From: Acidobacteriota bacterium
Lineage (GTDB): Bacteria; Acidobacteriota; UBA6911
Assembly (NCBI GenBank): GCA_963664705.1
Contig: OY761556.1
Span: 6,784,001-6,848,000, forward strand
Reading direction: 5' to 3'
DNA: 64,000 nt
A program made the position numbers and the translations under genes. Shown in pieces: positions 49,083-58,961 of the stretch. Each line of letters opens with the position of its first letter. Position 1 is the stretch's first letter. The notes beneath the pieces were generated by a model, which saw only the letters and a program-made list of their open reading frames with translations, was not told the origin of the DNA and made no database searches.

Positions 49083-50177
49083 CTAACTTACCTTCTCCAG
49101 GACATAGTAGTGCGGCGGCAGATGAAAATAGATGGTGTCTCCCGACTTCCATTCGAAGAAGAGATATTTTGTGCCTTTCAATTCTCTGAGTATGTATTTA
49201 CAGGCCGTATGGTCTCCGCCTTTATTCAATACGACCCCTTTGGTCCACGACAGCCACCGCCTCGGAGCATCGACATTTCGCCTCCCTTCGGGGTTGTCTA
49301 AGACCATTTTCATCTTTCCGGCATCCAGGAAGGTCATTTCTTCCAGAAATAAAGGGACGCTCATTGCGCGTTTGCCGGGAATAAACTGTTCGGGACTTTT
49401 TACAAAATCCACAGATTTCCATCTGCCAATGAGATCCGGATCATTTTCGAACGGCAGGTTAATATTGTCGACTGTCCGGTTCTTCTCGAGAATGGTTACC
49501 GGCACGGCTATCAAAAGGGTCAACGCCAGGAGTGTGCAGAATGCGACGCAGTACAAACGTCGGTTCGACGATTCCGCCGTGACAGCGTCTTCCTTAGGCA
49601 ACTTCGTCCTGGCATAGATTCTCAGAGTTGAACTGAAGACGATATTGTAAAGAAGCACTGCCATCAGGATAACTGCTATCTTGGCAAATTCGTTGAAATA
49701 GCCTGCAAATAGGACAAAAAGCAGACCGCTTACGATTAAGGAAAATACCAGGGTCCAATTGGCAACCCTTTGAAATTTCCTCCTCATGGAAGGAGTTTTG
49801 CGGCACACGGCAATGCTCAGAAAAATGGAAGCAGTGAAGGCAATAATTGAGATGGATCCCATGAAAGCCATGAACATGACCGGGCTCGAGCTCAAAATTC
49901 CAATCAATATCCCCGCGGCCAGCGCAATGGCGGCCAGAATGATCGTTTTTTCAAGAATGTTTTTCTTTATTCGATGAATCAATTGAACGGGTACGGTGTC
50001 AATCGGGCTTTCTCCTTTTCCGGAATTCGCGAATACCAGATTATTCTTCAGTCCGGCCAGGGTTTGTCTGCAGTCCTCGCAGTTTTCAATATGTTTTGCG
50101 ACCAGGTCATTGCTGGGCTCGCTCGTTAATTGCTCGATGTACATCGGGATTAAATCCTTGATAACACGGCAGTCCAT
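49083..50177 (-). CDS. zf-HC2 anti-sigma factor with multiple TMs and an extracytoplasmic domain
   Basis: MDCRVIKDLIPMY...HIENCEDC; about 5 TMs; TAATG coupling to the upstream sigma gene. Confidence 0.85.
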   Translation of the reverse strand: MDCRVIKDLIPMYIEQLTSEPSNDLVAKHIENCEDCRQTLAGLKNNLVFANSGKGESPIDTVPVQLIHRIKKNILEKTIILAAIALAAGILIGILSSSPVMFMAFMGSISIIAFTASIFLSIAVCRKTPSMRRKFQRVANWTLVFSLIVSGLLFVLFAGYFNEFAKIAVILMAVLLYNIVFSSTLRIYARTKLPKEDAVTAESSNRRLYCVAFCTLLALTLLIAVPVTILEKNRTVDNINLPFENDPDLIGRWKSVDFVKSPEQFIPGKRAMSVPLFLEEMTFLDAGKMKMVLDNPEGRRNVDAPRRWLSWTKGVVLNKGGDHTACKYILRELKGTKYLFFEWKSGDTIYFHLPPHYYVLEKVS

Positions 50178-50680
50178 TATGGCACCTCACTAAGATCGTC
50201 GGATAAGAAGGCCCGTAATTGCAGTTTTGCGCGATAAAAGGTGGTTCTTGCCCATCCTTCGCTTCGGCTGAACAGTTCTCCCACTTCCTTGAAACTCAAC
50301 TCATTGAAAACGTGCAAATAGATAATTTCCCTGGATGGCGTGCTTAATTTGCTGAGGGCCGCTGCCAAATTCGAATTTTGCTCCGCCTCAAGAATGGCTG
50401 CTTCCAATAGCTCCGGCGACGCCACATTTTCAAGGTCATCAAGAGAGGTCATCCGTCCCTTGCGGGATTTGGATACGTGTTTGAGATAAACGTTTTTTGC
50501 AATTTGGTACAACCACGTGGAGACCTTTGAATTCCCTTTGAACCGGAAAATGGAGTCGATCGCCTGATAGAAGGTTTCCTGCAGGAGTTCTTCCGCCAAC
50601 TGTCTGTCTCCGCTCAGACAGACCAGATATCGAAACAGCCGTTTGGCATATTGACGGTACAGCTCCTCGAAATCCTCCAA
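50177..50680 (-). CDS. ECF sigma factor
   Basis: FEELYRQY, AEELLQETF, STWLYQIAKN, LSFKEVG, WARTTFYRAK. Confidence 0.92.
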   Translation of the reverse strand: MEDFEELYRQYAKRLFRYLVCLSGDRQLAEELLQETFYQAIDSIFRFKGNSKVSTWLYQIAKNVYLKHVSKSRKGRMTSLDDLENVASPELLEAAILEAEQNSNLAAALSKLSTPSREIIYLHVFNELSFKEVGELFSRSEGWARTTFYRAKLQLRAFLSDDLSEVP

Positions 50681-50705
50681 ACAATCACCCCCTGTCCGTT
50701 ACATG

Positions 50706-50732
50706 AGTACTCGGCAAGGCTATTTCGTTACA
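50706..50732 (-). promoter_or_regulatory. Candidate ECF autoregulatory promoter
   Basis: Minus strand TGTAAC-N16-GTACT just upstream of the ECF gene. Confidence 0.4.
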
Positions 50733-50771
50733 AAAAAAGTAATGCGGCGCGATCGGTATCTTTAGCCTTTG

Positions 50772-50801
50772 TTGACATTACTATGGGGACGAAACTATAG
50801 T
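50772..50801 (+). promoter_or_regulatory. Sigma-70 promoter
   Basis: TTGACA-N18-TATAGT ending about 23 bp before the transporter ATG. Confidence 0.55.
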
Positions 50802-50824
50802 CGAATTTTTGACTGGAAGCCCTG

Positions 50825-52213
50825 ATGAAAAAATCCAAAATGTTCGGTTTGTGTCTCGCGGTACTGGTAGGTGTTGCCATCTTGCTTTTGCCTGCTCCCT
50901 CCGGAATGTCCGACCCGGCAAAATCAATGCTGGCTGTTGCCGCCTTTACCATCATGCTCTGGTTGTTTCAGGTAATGAACAACGCGGTGGCTTCCATCCT
51001 GATGATGGGGTTTATGGTTTTGTTGGGCGCCAAACCGCAGCTCGTATTAAGCGGATTTGCCAGCCCCTCATTCTGGATCCTTCTGTGCGTGCTTTACTAT
51101 GGATGCGCCATGGACCGAACCGGTCTGGCACATCGGCTGTCTTATTATGTCTTATCACTTTTTCCCGGGACGTACACCGGAATACTCTCTGCCTTCTTTG
51201 TGATCGGCCTGGTGCTGGCATTCGGAATCCCGTCCATGACGGTACGTACCGCCATCATGGTGCCGATCGCCTGGGCACTGGTGCAATCGCTGGATATTCC
51301 GGCGCGCAGCCGGGGATCCGCCCTGATCATGCTGACTTCCATTGAAATGGCGGTCTTGCCAGGATGCGCTATTCTCTATGGTTCGCTGTTTGGTCCTGTG
51401 GTGGATTCCGTATTCCAGGCGAAGCATCTTCCTTTGAGCTGGCTTGGATATGCAAAGGTTTTGACAGTTCCTACTCTCATTCTTTGTGTATTTGTCCTGA
51501 TCATCAACCCGCTCATAATGCGGCCTGAAAAGAGGCTTCAATCATCGCCAGCCTTTGCCAAAGAAAGGCTGAAGGCGCTTGGCTCCATCAAACGCGAAGA
51601 GCTTATCACGATGGCCATTGTTGCTGTCTCCATTGCCTATTGGGCGACGGATCGAATCCATCACATGCCCAGCTTCCTGATAGGCATGTTTGGCCTGGCG
51701 GTATTTGCCCTGACCGGAATCATTAAGGATCCGGATATAGGTGGGGGCGTTTCCTGGACGCTGCTCATTTTTATCGGCGGCGTTTTTGGCCTGGCGAATA
51801 TCATCCAGGATTACAAAATTACCGAATGGCTCTCTGCGACTTTTCTGCCGATAGCGCAAAAACTGGCGTTCAGCCCCATCTTGCTGTTTATCGTAATGGC
51901 TTTGGCCTTTTTTCTGATGCGGTTTCTGGATCCGACCGGATTCATCGCAATTCCCGTGCTCTTTCTGCCGGTGTCGGACATGATGATGGCTGCAGGAATA
52001 CCACCGCTTGTCCTAACCGCGCCGCTGATTCTTTCGATAGGCCCCTTCTGGCTTTCGCACCAGAATTTTTGGATAGCCATGGGGGAGGGGATGACGTCCA
52101 ATCAGGCCTTCAGCGCCGGACAGCGCGTCAGCCTCGCCAACGTGTATGGTCTTACCGTTTTGATCTCGATCGTTGTGAGTGTCGGCTATTGGAAGCTGAT
52201 CGGCCTTCTGTAG
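50825..52213 (+). CDS. SLC13/DASS family anion permease
   Basis: Multi-TM; LSGFAS, TGLAHRL, IPSMTVR, YWKLIGL ending. Confidence 0.85.
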   Translation: MKKSKMFGLCLAVLVGVAILLLPAPSGMSDPAKSMLAVAAFTIMLWLFQVMNNAVASILMMGFMVLLGAKPQLVLSGFASPSFWILLCVLYYGCAMDRTGLAHRLSYYVLSLFPGTYTGILSAFFVIGLVLAFGIPSMTVRTAIMVPIAWALVQSLDIPARSRGSALIMLTSIEMAVLPGCAILYGSLFGPVVDSVFQAKHLPLSWLGYAKVLTVPTLILCVFVLIINPLIMRPEKRLQSSPAFAKERLKALGSIKREELITMAIVAVSIAYWATDRIHHMPSFLIGMFGLAVFALTGIIKDPDIGGGVSWTLLIFIGGVFGLANIIQDYKITEWLSATFLPIAQKLAFSPILLFIVMALAFFLMRFLDPTGFIAIPVLFLPVSDMMMAAGIPPLVLTAPLILSIGPFWLSHQNFWIAMGEGMTSNQAFSAGQRVSLANVYGLTVLISIVVSVGYWKLIGLL

Positions 52214-52447
52214 GGAGTGCGCGGATCAAAGGTCAAGATGCACGGCGGCGCTAACGCGCATGTATTCTTCCTGAAGTTTATCCCGCAATGAACAATTCTT
52301 GTTTGGAGCGAGCAATACTTTCGCCCCTGTCTATTTCCTAACGGGCCTCCGGCCCTTTTAAATCGAAGCCAATTTAGACCGGCCTGACGTTCATAGCTCC
52401 AGAAGCCATTCTGCGTCGATTGACGCTTCCACAAAAAATGTGTTCAA

Positions 52448-52489
52448 TACCTAGCCGTGCTATGTAATAATACATAGCGCATCTATGTA
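52448..52489. promoter_or_regulatory. Tandem palindromic operators, probably PadR sites
   Basis: TACCTAG-N5-CTATGTA (52448-52466) and TACATAG-N5-CTATGTA (52471-52489), just upstream of padR. Confidence 0.75.
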
Positions 52490-52508
52490 ACAATTCTGGA
52501 GGCTAGTC

Positions 52509-52847
52509 ATGATCTCGAAAGAACTGGTGGCCGCTTCAGCAAAGCCCTTGATCCTCTCAATCCTGGCTGGAGGTGAGAGCTATGGATATGAGCTCATACA
52601 GCGCGTGCGACTTCTTTCGGACGGAGAGGTGAATTGGAAGGATGGGATGCTCTATCCGGTCCTTCACCGTCTGGAAAACCAGGGATTAATCCGTTCGGAA
52701 TGGCGTTGCAGCGAGTCCGAGCGCAAACGCAAATACTATTTGATTACGCAGAAGGGCAAAAAGGTTCTTAAGGCGGAAAAGGCTCAATGGGAACGCGTCA
52801 ATTCCACTCTGAATAAATCCTGGGAGGTGAAATTATGCCAATCGTAG
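52509..52847 (+). CDS. PadR family transcriptional regulator
   Basis: SYGYELIQ, GMLYPVLHRLE, RKRKYYLIT. Confidence 0.93.
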   Translation: MISKELVAASAKPLILSILAGGESYGYELIQRVRLLSDGEVNWKDGMLYPVLHRLENQGLIRSEWRCSESERKRKYYLITQKGKKVLKAEKAQWERVNSTLNKSWEVKLCQS

Positions 52848-53557
52848 ACAAGCGCATTCAGGAATGGCGTTGGAGCTTGCAGCAGAGGGATGTATTTAAG
52901 CCTGAAGATCTGGACGAGCTGGAAAGCCACCTCAAGGATGAAATCGGTTTGCTGCAAAAGGCCGGATTAACGGAGGAGGAATCCTTTTGGGTAGCAGCCC
53001 GGAGAGTGGGGGAAGGGAAAGAGCTGGTCGAGGAATACCGGAAAATTAATCCGGGCATGATTTGGAAGCAGCGGATTTTCTGGATGCTGGGTGGATATTT
53101 TCTGATCAATCTCTTCCTTTTGCTGAATGATATTGCTCAGACCGCTTATCTATTCCTGGTCCCCTGGGGTACCGTGCAATCGTTCTTTTGGGGGGCTGAC
53201 CTGCGAATTCCCGTGATTCCCTGCATCCTGGGAATTCTGTTTTTCGGGATTGTTTATTTTTGGCTTACGAGAAGGCGTTCTCAATTCAGCCACGGGTTGC
53301 AACCTATCCATGTAAACCGCAGGTGGAAAGCAATTGGCATAGTCATGCTTGTGGCTGCCCTTTCCGCCTCGATGGTTGCCTGCTGGGTTTGGTTGACATT
53401 ATTCATCCGAACGATCTCTCCCCAATTGCTTGCTCAAATCAGCGCAACCAATAGCCTTTTTGCTCTGATTTTCAAGCTGCTGATTGCCATGATTTTTGTA
53501 CGCCTGGCAATAGGGTTTCTGCTACAAGGGGAAAAGGGAGAGACTGAATCGGAATAG
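52835..53557 (+). CDS. Membrane protein with N-terminal HAAS/permease-prefix domain (PadR partner)
   Basis: LDELESHLKDEI...GLTEEESFWVAARRVG, then about 4 TMs. Confidence 0.8.
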   Translation: MPIVDKRIQEWRWSLQQRDVFKPEDLDELESHLKDEIGLLQKAGLTEEESFWVAARRVGEGKELVEEYRKINPGMIWKQRIFWMLGGYFLINLFLLLNDIAQTAYLFLVPWGTVQSFFWGADLRIPVIPCILGILFFGIVYFWLTRRRSQFSHGLQPIHVNRRWKAIGIVMLVAALSASMVACWVWLTLFIRTISPQLLAQISATNSLFALIFKLLIAMIFVRLAIGFLLQGEKGETESE

Positions 53558-53616
53558 GGAATAATGTTTTTGGGATGTAATGAAAGCTTCTCCGCAGCCA
53601 AGTTGCTGAGCCCCAC

Positions 53617-53980
53617 TGGGAGCACCGGCGCTCCAGGCTAATGTTGCATATTATTTGCCCGAGGAAGCTGGAAGCGCGATGCATCTCAGCCCCAGCGGGG
53701 CGGTCAGAAAGTAGCCGGGGGTGAAGCGCAGCGAACCCCCGGCCAGCATGAAATTTAAAGGAGCCCCGGAGGGGGCGAAAGATATTTCCGTTCATCCACA
53801 TGATCTAAAGCTGAACATTGGAGAGGGGCTCACCGTTTCTGGCGCCCTGCCAGGGCTCTTTCTCGCGCTTATCTTTACCGGGGGTTCGCTGCGCTTCGCC
53901 CCCGGCTACGATCTTTCGGCCCTCCAGGCCTGGACAAAACCGAAGTTTGAGTTTTGAGACAGCCTCGCCGGCTCTCCCAG
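53617..53980. repeat. Nested REP-like palindrome cluster
   Basis: GTAGCCGGGGGTGAAGCGCAGCGAACCCCCGG (53711-53742) and a near-perfect inverse (53878-53909), inside outer CTGGGAGCACCGGCG ... CGCCGGCTCTCCCAG. Confidence 0.85.
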
Positions 53981-54008
53981 TGAAGAGCTTCGTCGCTTAA
54001 CTCCGGAT

Positions 54009-54692
54009 CTATTCTTTACCGGGCAGCTTTAAGGCATCGAATTTTCGTTCGATCCGATCCAGGCGATCTCGATATTCTGCGGTATCGTTGAAATAGGCTG
54101 CATTCCACCGCATCATTTGAATCGAAGAGTCCGGGACATAGTTGTCCGGCAAACAGCGTTCCAGCAGGGCTTCAGCAAGATAGTATTCCCGCAAGGTGTC
54201 GTGGATATTCACAATTTCCTCAGCTACATTGATATTCGGAAATAATACATAGCCATCCGCATCCGCGTGAGGATGATCCGGGACGTAGCGTTTGACTGGA
54301 GGTGCATTGTCGCTCACAACGGAGGCGTTCCCATTTTTGTCAATCAGGATATCTTTTTTTCGATAGGGCGCTACACCGGCGGGCCATGAGTTCCTGGCAT
54401 TGACCACATTTCCCACGATCAGTTCCATCCGCATCTTCATAATATTAAGAAACTTGATAACCAGGGGGACGGTTTCCGGCGTGCCATGCACATATATGCG
54501 CAACAATCCGTTCGAATCTGTTTCCAGTTTTGCGCCGCGGCTTCGAAGAAACTCCAAAAACAAGGTATCCTTTACCTGACTTTCAATCATTGTGTAGTAT
54601 CTGGAACGATCGCGTCCAAAAACATAATCCTGCCCTTGAAGAGCCAAAAACAGGAACATAAGCGACGTCAGCCAAAGCATAGTTCTCTTCAT
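54009..54692 (-). CDS. FlgC-like (flagellar rod) domain protein with N-terminal signal peptide
   Basis: RMELIVGNVVNA...PYRKK...YVPDHPHADADGYVLFPNINVAEEIV matches FlgC signature segments; leader MKRTMLWLTSLMFLFLALQG. Confidence 0.7.
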   Translation of the reverse strand: MKRTMLWLTSLMFLFLALQGQDYVFGRDRSRYYTMIESQVKDTLFLEFLRSRGAKLETDSNGLLRIYVHGTPETVPLVIKFLNIMKMRMELIVGNVVNARNSWPAGVAPYRKKDILIDKNGNASVVSDNAPPVKRYVPDHPHADADGYVLFPNINVAEEIVNIHDTLREYYLAEALLERCLPDNYVPDSSIQMMRWNAAYFNDTAEYRDRLDRIERKFDALKLPGKE

Positions 54693-54912
54693 AGTCCCTC
54701 AATTGGTTTTATTGGCCCCCCCTAAAAGCGTGTGCCATCTGTCCGATGTGCAATCGCTGTGCCAGGGAGTAAGGGCAATTGTGCGACTAGATAAATTAAG
54801 TGATTTCAACCAGATACGGACCAAAAGGGCCCGCCTTCCGCTCTTGGCCCGGATAAACAACAGTCAATGTGTTGACAGTCAGGCGGCAAGCGTTTTGAAG
54901 TTTTTATATTTG

Positions 54913-55173
54913 AACCGCGAAGACCGCGAAGATTTTTGGGCTCATTTTGCTGCTGGGCAATGAGATAGTGTGATGGATAGGAAAGAGGTTGCGAATCATA
55001 TTGTCGATTCAGCGGTGGCAATCCATACAGCGAGAGAATTGCAGGAGTCCGTTTATCAGCGGCGCCTATTATATGAAGCAGCAAGGATGGAATCCAGCGT
55101 ATGATCTGGCGAAAACGATAACCATAAAACCTGCAAAAATATTTTCCTTGCGGTCTTCGAGGTCTTTGCGGTT
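54913..55173 (+). pseudogene. Truncated GxxExxY-family remnant flanked by inverted (ACCGCGAAG)n-type repeats
   Basis: 54973-55104 translates MDRKEVANHIVDSAVAIHTARELQESVYQRRLLYEAARMESSV*. Flanks AACCGCGAAGACCGCGAAGA and CTTGCGGTCTTCGAGGTCTTTGCGGTT. Confidence 0.6.
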
Positions 55174-55445
55174 AATGGGGTTACTATTTCGGTCAAGCCA
55201 GGTAAAAGCTATTTTTTGCTTTTTCCCCAGCGCGCTATGGCTGCCTTTAGGGTTATTGCTCTCCCTCTTCTTTGCAGGAGCTTCTCGTTTCCTTTTTTCC
55301 AGCCTTTAAGATCGGTAAGCCTGCCTACCACCAGATTCCTGGAATGGTTCCCGGCTGAGGAAGTCGGCGGCTCATCCAAATCGTCTTCGCGTCTTTCCAT
55401 TTTCTTGCCGTTTGAGAGAGATGCGCCTGGCTTGGCTATCCCTAT

Positions 55446-55775
55446 CTATTGTGATGGCTCGCGTCCGAGTCCGAAAATGGTTTGCGCGGCTGCCGGCTGC
55501 TTCCTGTAAAGCAATGCAGCCAGGAACGATCCAAATGTAAAACCAATCGCCATCCTGATGAGGATCTCGCACAGCATCGATATCGCATCGGTGCTCGATC
55601 GCCAGAAACTCGAAGTGCCGACCAGATTGACCGCGCTAATGGCCAGGCAAAGCCCCACACAAATCGAACTGATCCAGATCTTCCTGGATCCGCGCCCGTG
55701 AGCACCGGCAACAGCCGGGATGTAACACGCGAGAAGACCAAGCACAAAGCCGAATGCTTTCATGAATCCTGCCAT
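55446..55775 (-). CDS. Small membrane protein (about 3 TM)
   Basis: Hydrophobic segments; GGAGGG RBS upstream. Confidence 0.6.
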   Translation of the reverse strand: MAGFMKAFGFVLGLLACYIPAVAGAHGRGSRKIWISSICVGLCLAISAVNLVGTSSFWRSSTDAISMLCEILIRMAIGFTFGSFLAALLYRKQPAAAQTIFGLGREPSQ

Positions 55776-56051
55776 GAGCCCTCCGTGAGCATGCTGGTGT
55801 GAATAAACCTTATCGTTTTAATATGGCAAATTGTTATAATATATATTGCAAAAGGTTATAGGTGTCAACTGAAATATGCTTTCTGGAGTTCATGATCGGC
55901 AGGATAGGTTTGCGGAATCCTCCGGCCTCCCAGACTCAATGGCCAAACAGCCGGTTTTCCCTTGACAGGGTAGAGCCTCCGGTTGCCTTATAATGCCAGT
56001 CCCAAAAATCTCAACCGAATGTTTTCTTATCCAATATGAAAGGGTATCGGA

Positions 56052-57098
56052 ATGAAATTCAGACAATTGAGCATTACACTCATACTGCTTGCATCCCTTA
56101 TCCTGCTGGGAGCCTGTGGTCCTCAGGCGAAACAGGAATCTGCGCCGAACGCTCCGGCAAAGCCGGCCATTACCCTGGATCGACAGGCCCTTGTCGACAT
56201 GATGGGCAAATATCTGGCTGCATTGGTGAAACATGACCCCGCGGCCGTGCCATTTGCGGAGAAGGTGAAGTTTACGGAGAACACCGCGGAGATACCTGTA
56301 GGCAAAGGGCTGTGGGTCACCACAACCAGCGGTCCCCTGGAGTTCCAGATCTATGCCGCCGATCCTGTCGCGCAACAGGTGGCCGGCCTGGTAATGATGA
56401 AGGAAGTCAACAAGGACATCCTGTTGGGCGTGCGGCTTAAATTGGTGGACGGCAAGATTACCGAAGCCGAACACCATGCAATTCGTGATCTGGGCACGAG
56501 TCCCATGGGTGCCAGTGCCCTGAAAAACCTGAAGACCGCACGGCCCGGTCTGATTGAGGATGTGCCGGCGGCGGAACGGAGCCCTCGCGATCTGCTGATC
56601 AAGAACGGGCTTGCCTATTATGATGCGCTCACCGGAGAAGACGGCAAGCTGGTACCTTTTGCGGATGAATGTGAGCGTCACGAGAACGGCGCTTTGACCG
56701 CAGGCGGAAAACCTGAGGCCAGTTCAGCGACTGCCCCGGCCGATCCCCAATTTGCGGAAATGATGAAGGCTATGGCGGCAGCAGGCCCGGTTCCCAATAC
56801 CTGTGAAGCACAAATGAGCACCGGCCAGTTTTCCTACATTACGGAAATCCGGAACCGCCGCGTGCTGATCGGCGATGAACAGAAGGGCCTCGCCGTTGGA
56901 TTTTCAATGTTCTATCACGACAGCTCTCTGAAGGAGTACAAGTACAAAGGCTCCAAAGGGGAGAAGATGCTTCCTTCCTGGCAGGGAACCTTTAACATGG
57001 CCGGCATGCACGTCTTCAAGATCAAAAACGGTAAGATGTACGATATCGAAGCAACCGGCATCGTTCTGCCCTACGGCAACAAATCCGGGTGGGAATAG
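56052..57098 (+). CDS. Lipoprotein of an uncharacterised family with duplicated NTF2/SnoaL-like domains
   Basis: Lipobox LLGAC; YLAALVKHD...KFTEN...GKGLW; CERHENG; FKIKNGKM. Homologous to 63107-64000. Confidence 0.7.
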   Translation: MKFRQLSITLILLASLILLGACGPQAKQESAPNAPAKPAITLDRQALVDMMGKYLAALVKHDPAAVPFAEKVKFTENTAEIPVGKGLWVTTTSGPLEFQIYAADPVAQQVAGLVMMKEVNKDILLGVRLKLVDGKITEAEHHAIRDLGTSPMGASALKNLKTARPGLIEDVPAAERSPRDLLIKNGLAYYDALTGEDGKLVPFADECERHENGALTAGGKPEASSATAPADPQFAEMMKAMAAAGPVPNTCEAQMSTGQFSYITEIRNRRVLIGDEQKGLAVGFSMFYHDSSLKEYKYKGSKGEKMLPSWQGTFNMAGMHVFKIKNGKMYDIEATGIVLPYGNKSGWE

Positions 57099-57278
57099 AT
57101 CGTCGCATTTGGCCGCCGTCAGCGGGCTAATGACGGATTGCTTTTCTGCGGACAACGATAAAGGGCGGCGGTTGGCCCGGTTGCAATGGGCCGGCCGCAG
57201 GCAAGGCCAGGCGGCCTTGCCTGCGGCCGCAATTCCATCCTTCATCAGATAGACTGCTGTCGACGCGGAGGTTCGCTC

Positions 57279-58856
57279 ATGATTGCCAATACGGTTGGCC
57301 TGTCCGCAGGATTCAATCTGGGTTGTATCTTTATCTTTCTCCTCTTCTCTTTGGTATCGGGATTGCCGGATTCTGTTTCTGCCCAGGTCAGCGCGGAAAA
57401 GGAAACGGCTGCCGCCCTTGCCAGGATTGAGAAGCTCAACCCTCTTCTCCATGCCGTAATCGCAGTAGACCCGGAAGCACTGGAACAGGCCCGCGCGCTG
57501 GACCGGGCCAGCAAAGTACCTGGGCCCTTGTTCGGTGTTACCATTTTAGTTAAGGACAACATCGAGACGAAGGGCAAGCTGCCTACTACCGCAGGGAGCC
57601 TCGCGCTGCAGCACAATGTCACTGGACGTGATGCGCCAGTCGTAGGACGCCTGCGCTCGGCGGATGCCATTATTTTGGGGAAGACCAACCTTTCTGAATG
57701 GGCGAATATTCGGTCGAATGCATCGATTTCAGGTTGGAGTGCAGTGGGAGGGCAGACACGCAATCCACATGCCCTCGATCGCAATCCCTGTGGCTCTTCG
57801 TCCGGCTCGGCGGTGGCTGTCGCATCTGGAATGGTCGCGGCGGCTATTGGCACGGAAACGGATGGATCGATCACCTGTCCGGCGGCCATCAATGGAATCG
57901 TCGGATTGAAGCCTACGGTTGGCCTTGTCAGCCGCTCGCATATTGTTCCGATCAGCCACAGCCAGGACACCGCGGGCCCCATGACCAAGGATGTCAGGAC
58001 GGCGGCTCGTGTGCTTGCGGCGATGGCTGGAGGCGACTCGGATGATGCTGCAACAAAGGATGCGGATGTCCGCAAGGAAAACTATGTCGCGGCGCTGGAT
58101 GTGGATGCGCCAAAGGGTAAGCGGATTGGAGTGCTTCGCTTTGCGGCTGGTTGGTCGGCGCCGGTGGACGTGTTGTTCGAGAAGGCCCTGGAAGTTTTGA
58201 AAGCCAAGGGCGCTACGCTTGTGGACATTAAGGAATTTGGAGATCGGCAGCGCATCATGGATGAGGAGCTTAAGGTGCTCCTTACCGAGTTCAAGGCGGA
58301 TCTGAACTCCTATTTGGCCACAACTCCGCCTGCGGTAAAGGCGCGGACTCTGGCTCAAATCATTGCCTTCAACAGAGAAAATGCACACGCGGAAATGACT
58401 CTCTTCGGGCAGGAAATGTTTGAGCAGGCGGATGCGACGAAGGGGCTCAATGACCCGAATTATAAAGCGGCGCGTGCCCTGTCCTACCAGCTTGCGGGTC
58501 CCGGCGGCATCGATCGCATGCTTGCGGCCAATGATGTCGTTGCATTGGTTTTTCCCACGATGCCTCCGGCATGGAAGATCGATGCGGCAAATGGCGACAA
58601 TGTACCCAATGCTCCGATAGCAGGCTATCTCGCGGCTGTTGCCGGCTATCCGCATCTGACCGTGCCGATGGGTGAGGTCAGGCACCTGCCCGTTGGGCTC
58701 TCGTTTGTTGGCCCGGCTTGGAGCGAGGCACGCCTTTTGGGACTGGGCTATGCCTACGAACAGGCGGCCAGGATTAGTTTGATCCCGACCTTCATGCCGT
58801 CGATTGAAGATTCCTCCGAGATTTCAAAGCATCTCCAGCCGGCGGCAAAGCACTGA
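57279..58856 (+). CDS. Amidase signature family protein
   Basis: VKDNI, GKTNLSEWAN, GSSSGS, GTETDGSI, GLKPTVG. Confidence 0.93.
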   Translation: MIANTVGLSAGFNLGCIFIFLLFSLVSGLPDSVSAQVSAEKETAAALARIEKLNPLLHAVIAVDPEALEQARALDRASKVPGPLFGVTILVKDNIETKGKLPTTAGSLALQHNVTGRDAPVVGRLRSADAIILGKTNLSEWANIRSNASISGWSAVGGQTRNPHALDRNPCGSSSGSAVAVASGMVAAAIGTETDGSITCPAAINGIVGLKPTVGLVSRSHIVPISHSQDTAGPMTKDVRTAARVLAAMAGGDSDDAATKDADVRKENYVAALDVDAPKGKRIGVLRFAAGWSAPVDVLFEKALEVLKAKGATLVDIKEFGDRQRIMDEELKVLLTEFKADLNSYLATTPPAVKARTLAQIIAFNRENAHAEMTLFGQEMFEQADATKGLNDPNYKAARALSYQLAGPGGIDRMLAANDVVALVFPTMPPAWKIDAANGDNVPNAPIAGYLAAVAGYPHLTVPMGEVRHLPVGLSFVGPAWSEARLLGLGYAYEQAARISLIPTFMPSIEDSSEISKHLQPAAKH

Positions 58857-58961
58857 TAGAAGCGGCTATTCGGGCCAACGCCGCCAATTATTTGCGGAAT
58901 TGGCCCTAGGGAAGCGGCTAAGCTCTTGCCGGCGAGACGGCGCTCCCGGTGCGCTCCGGCT

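Noticed and set aside
55209-55400. 63-aa basic ORF
   Set aside because: No motif or other support; cannot be distinguished from a chance ORF.
55962-55994. TTGACA and TATAAT upstream of the lipoprotein gene
   Set aside because: A 21-bp spacer is too long for a single sigma-70 promoter.
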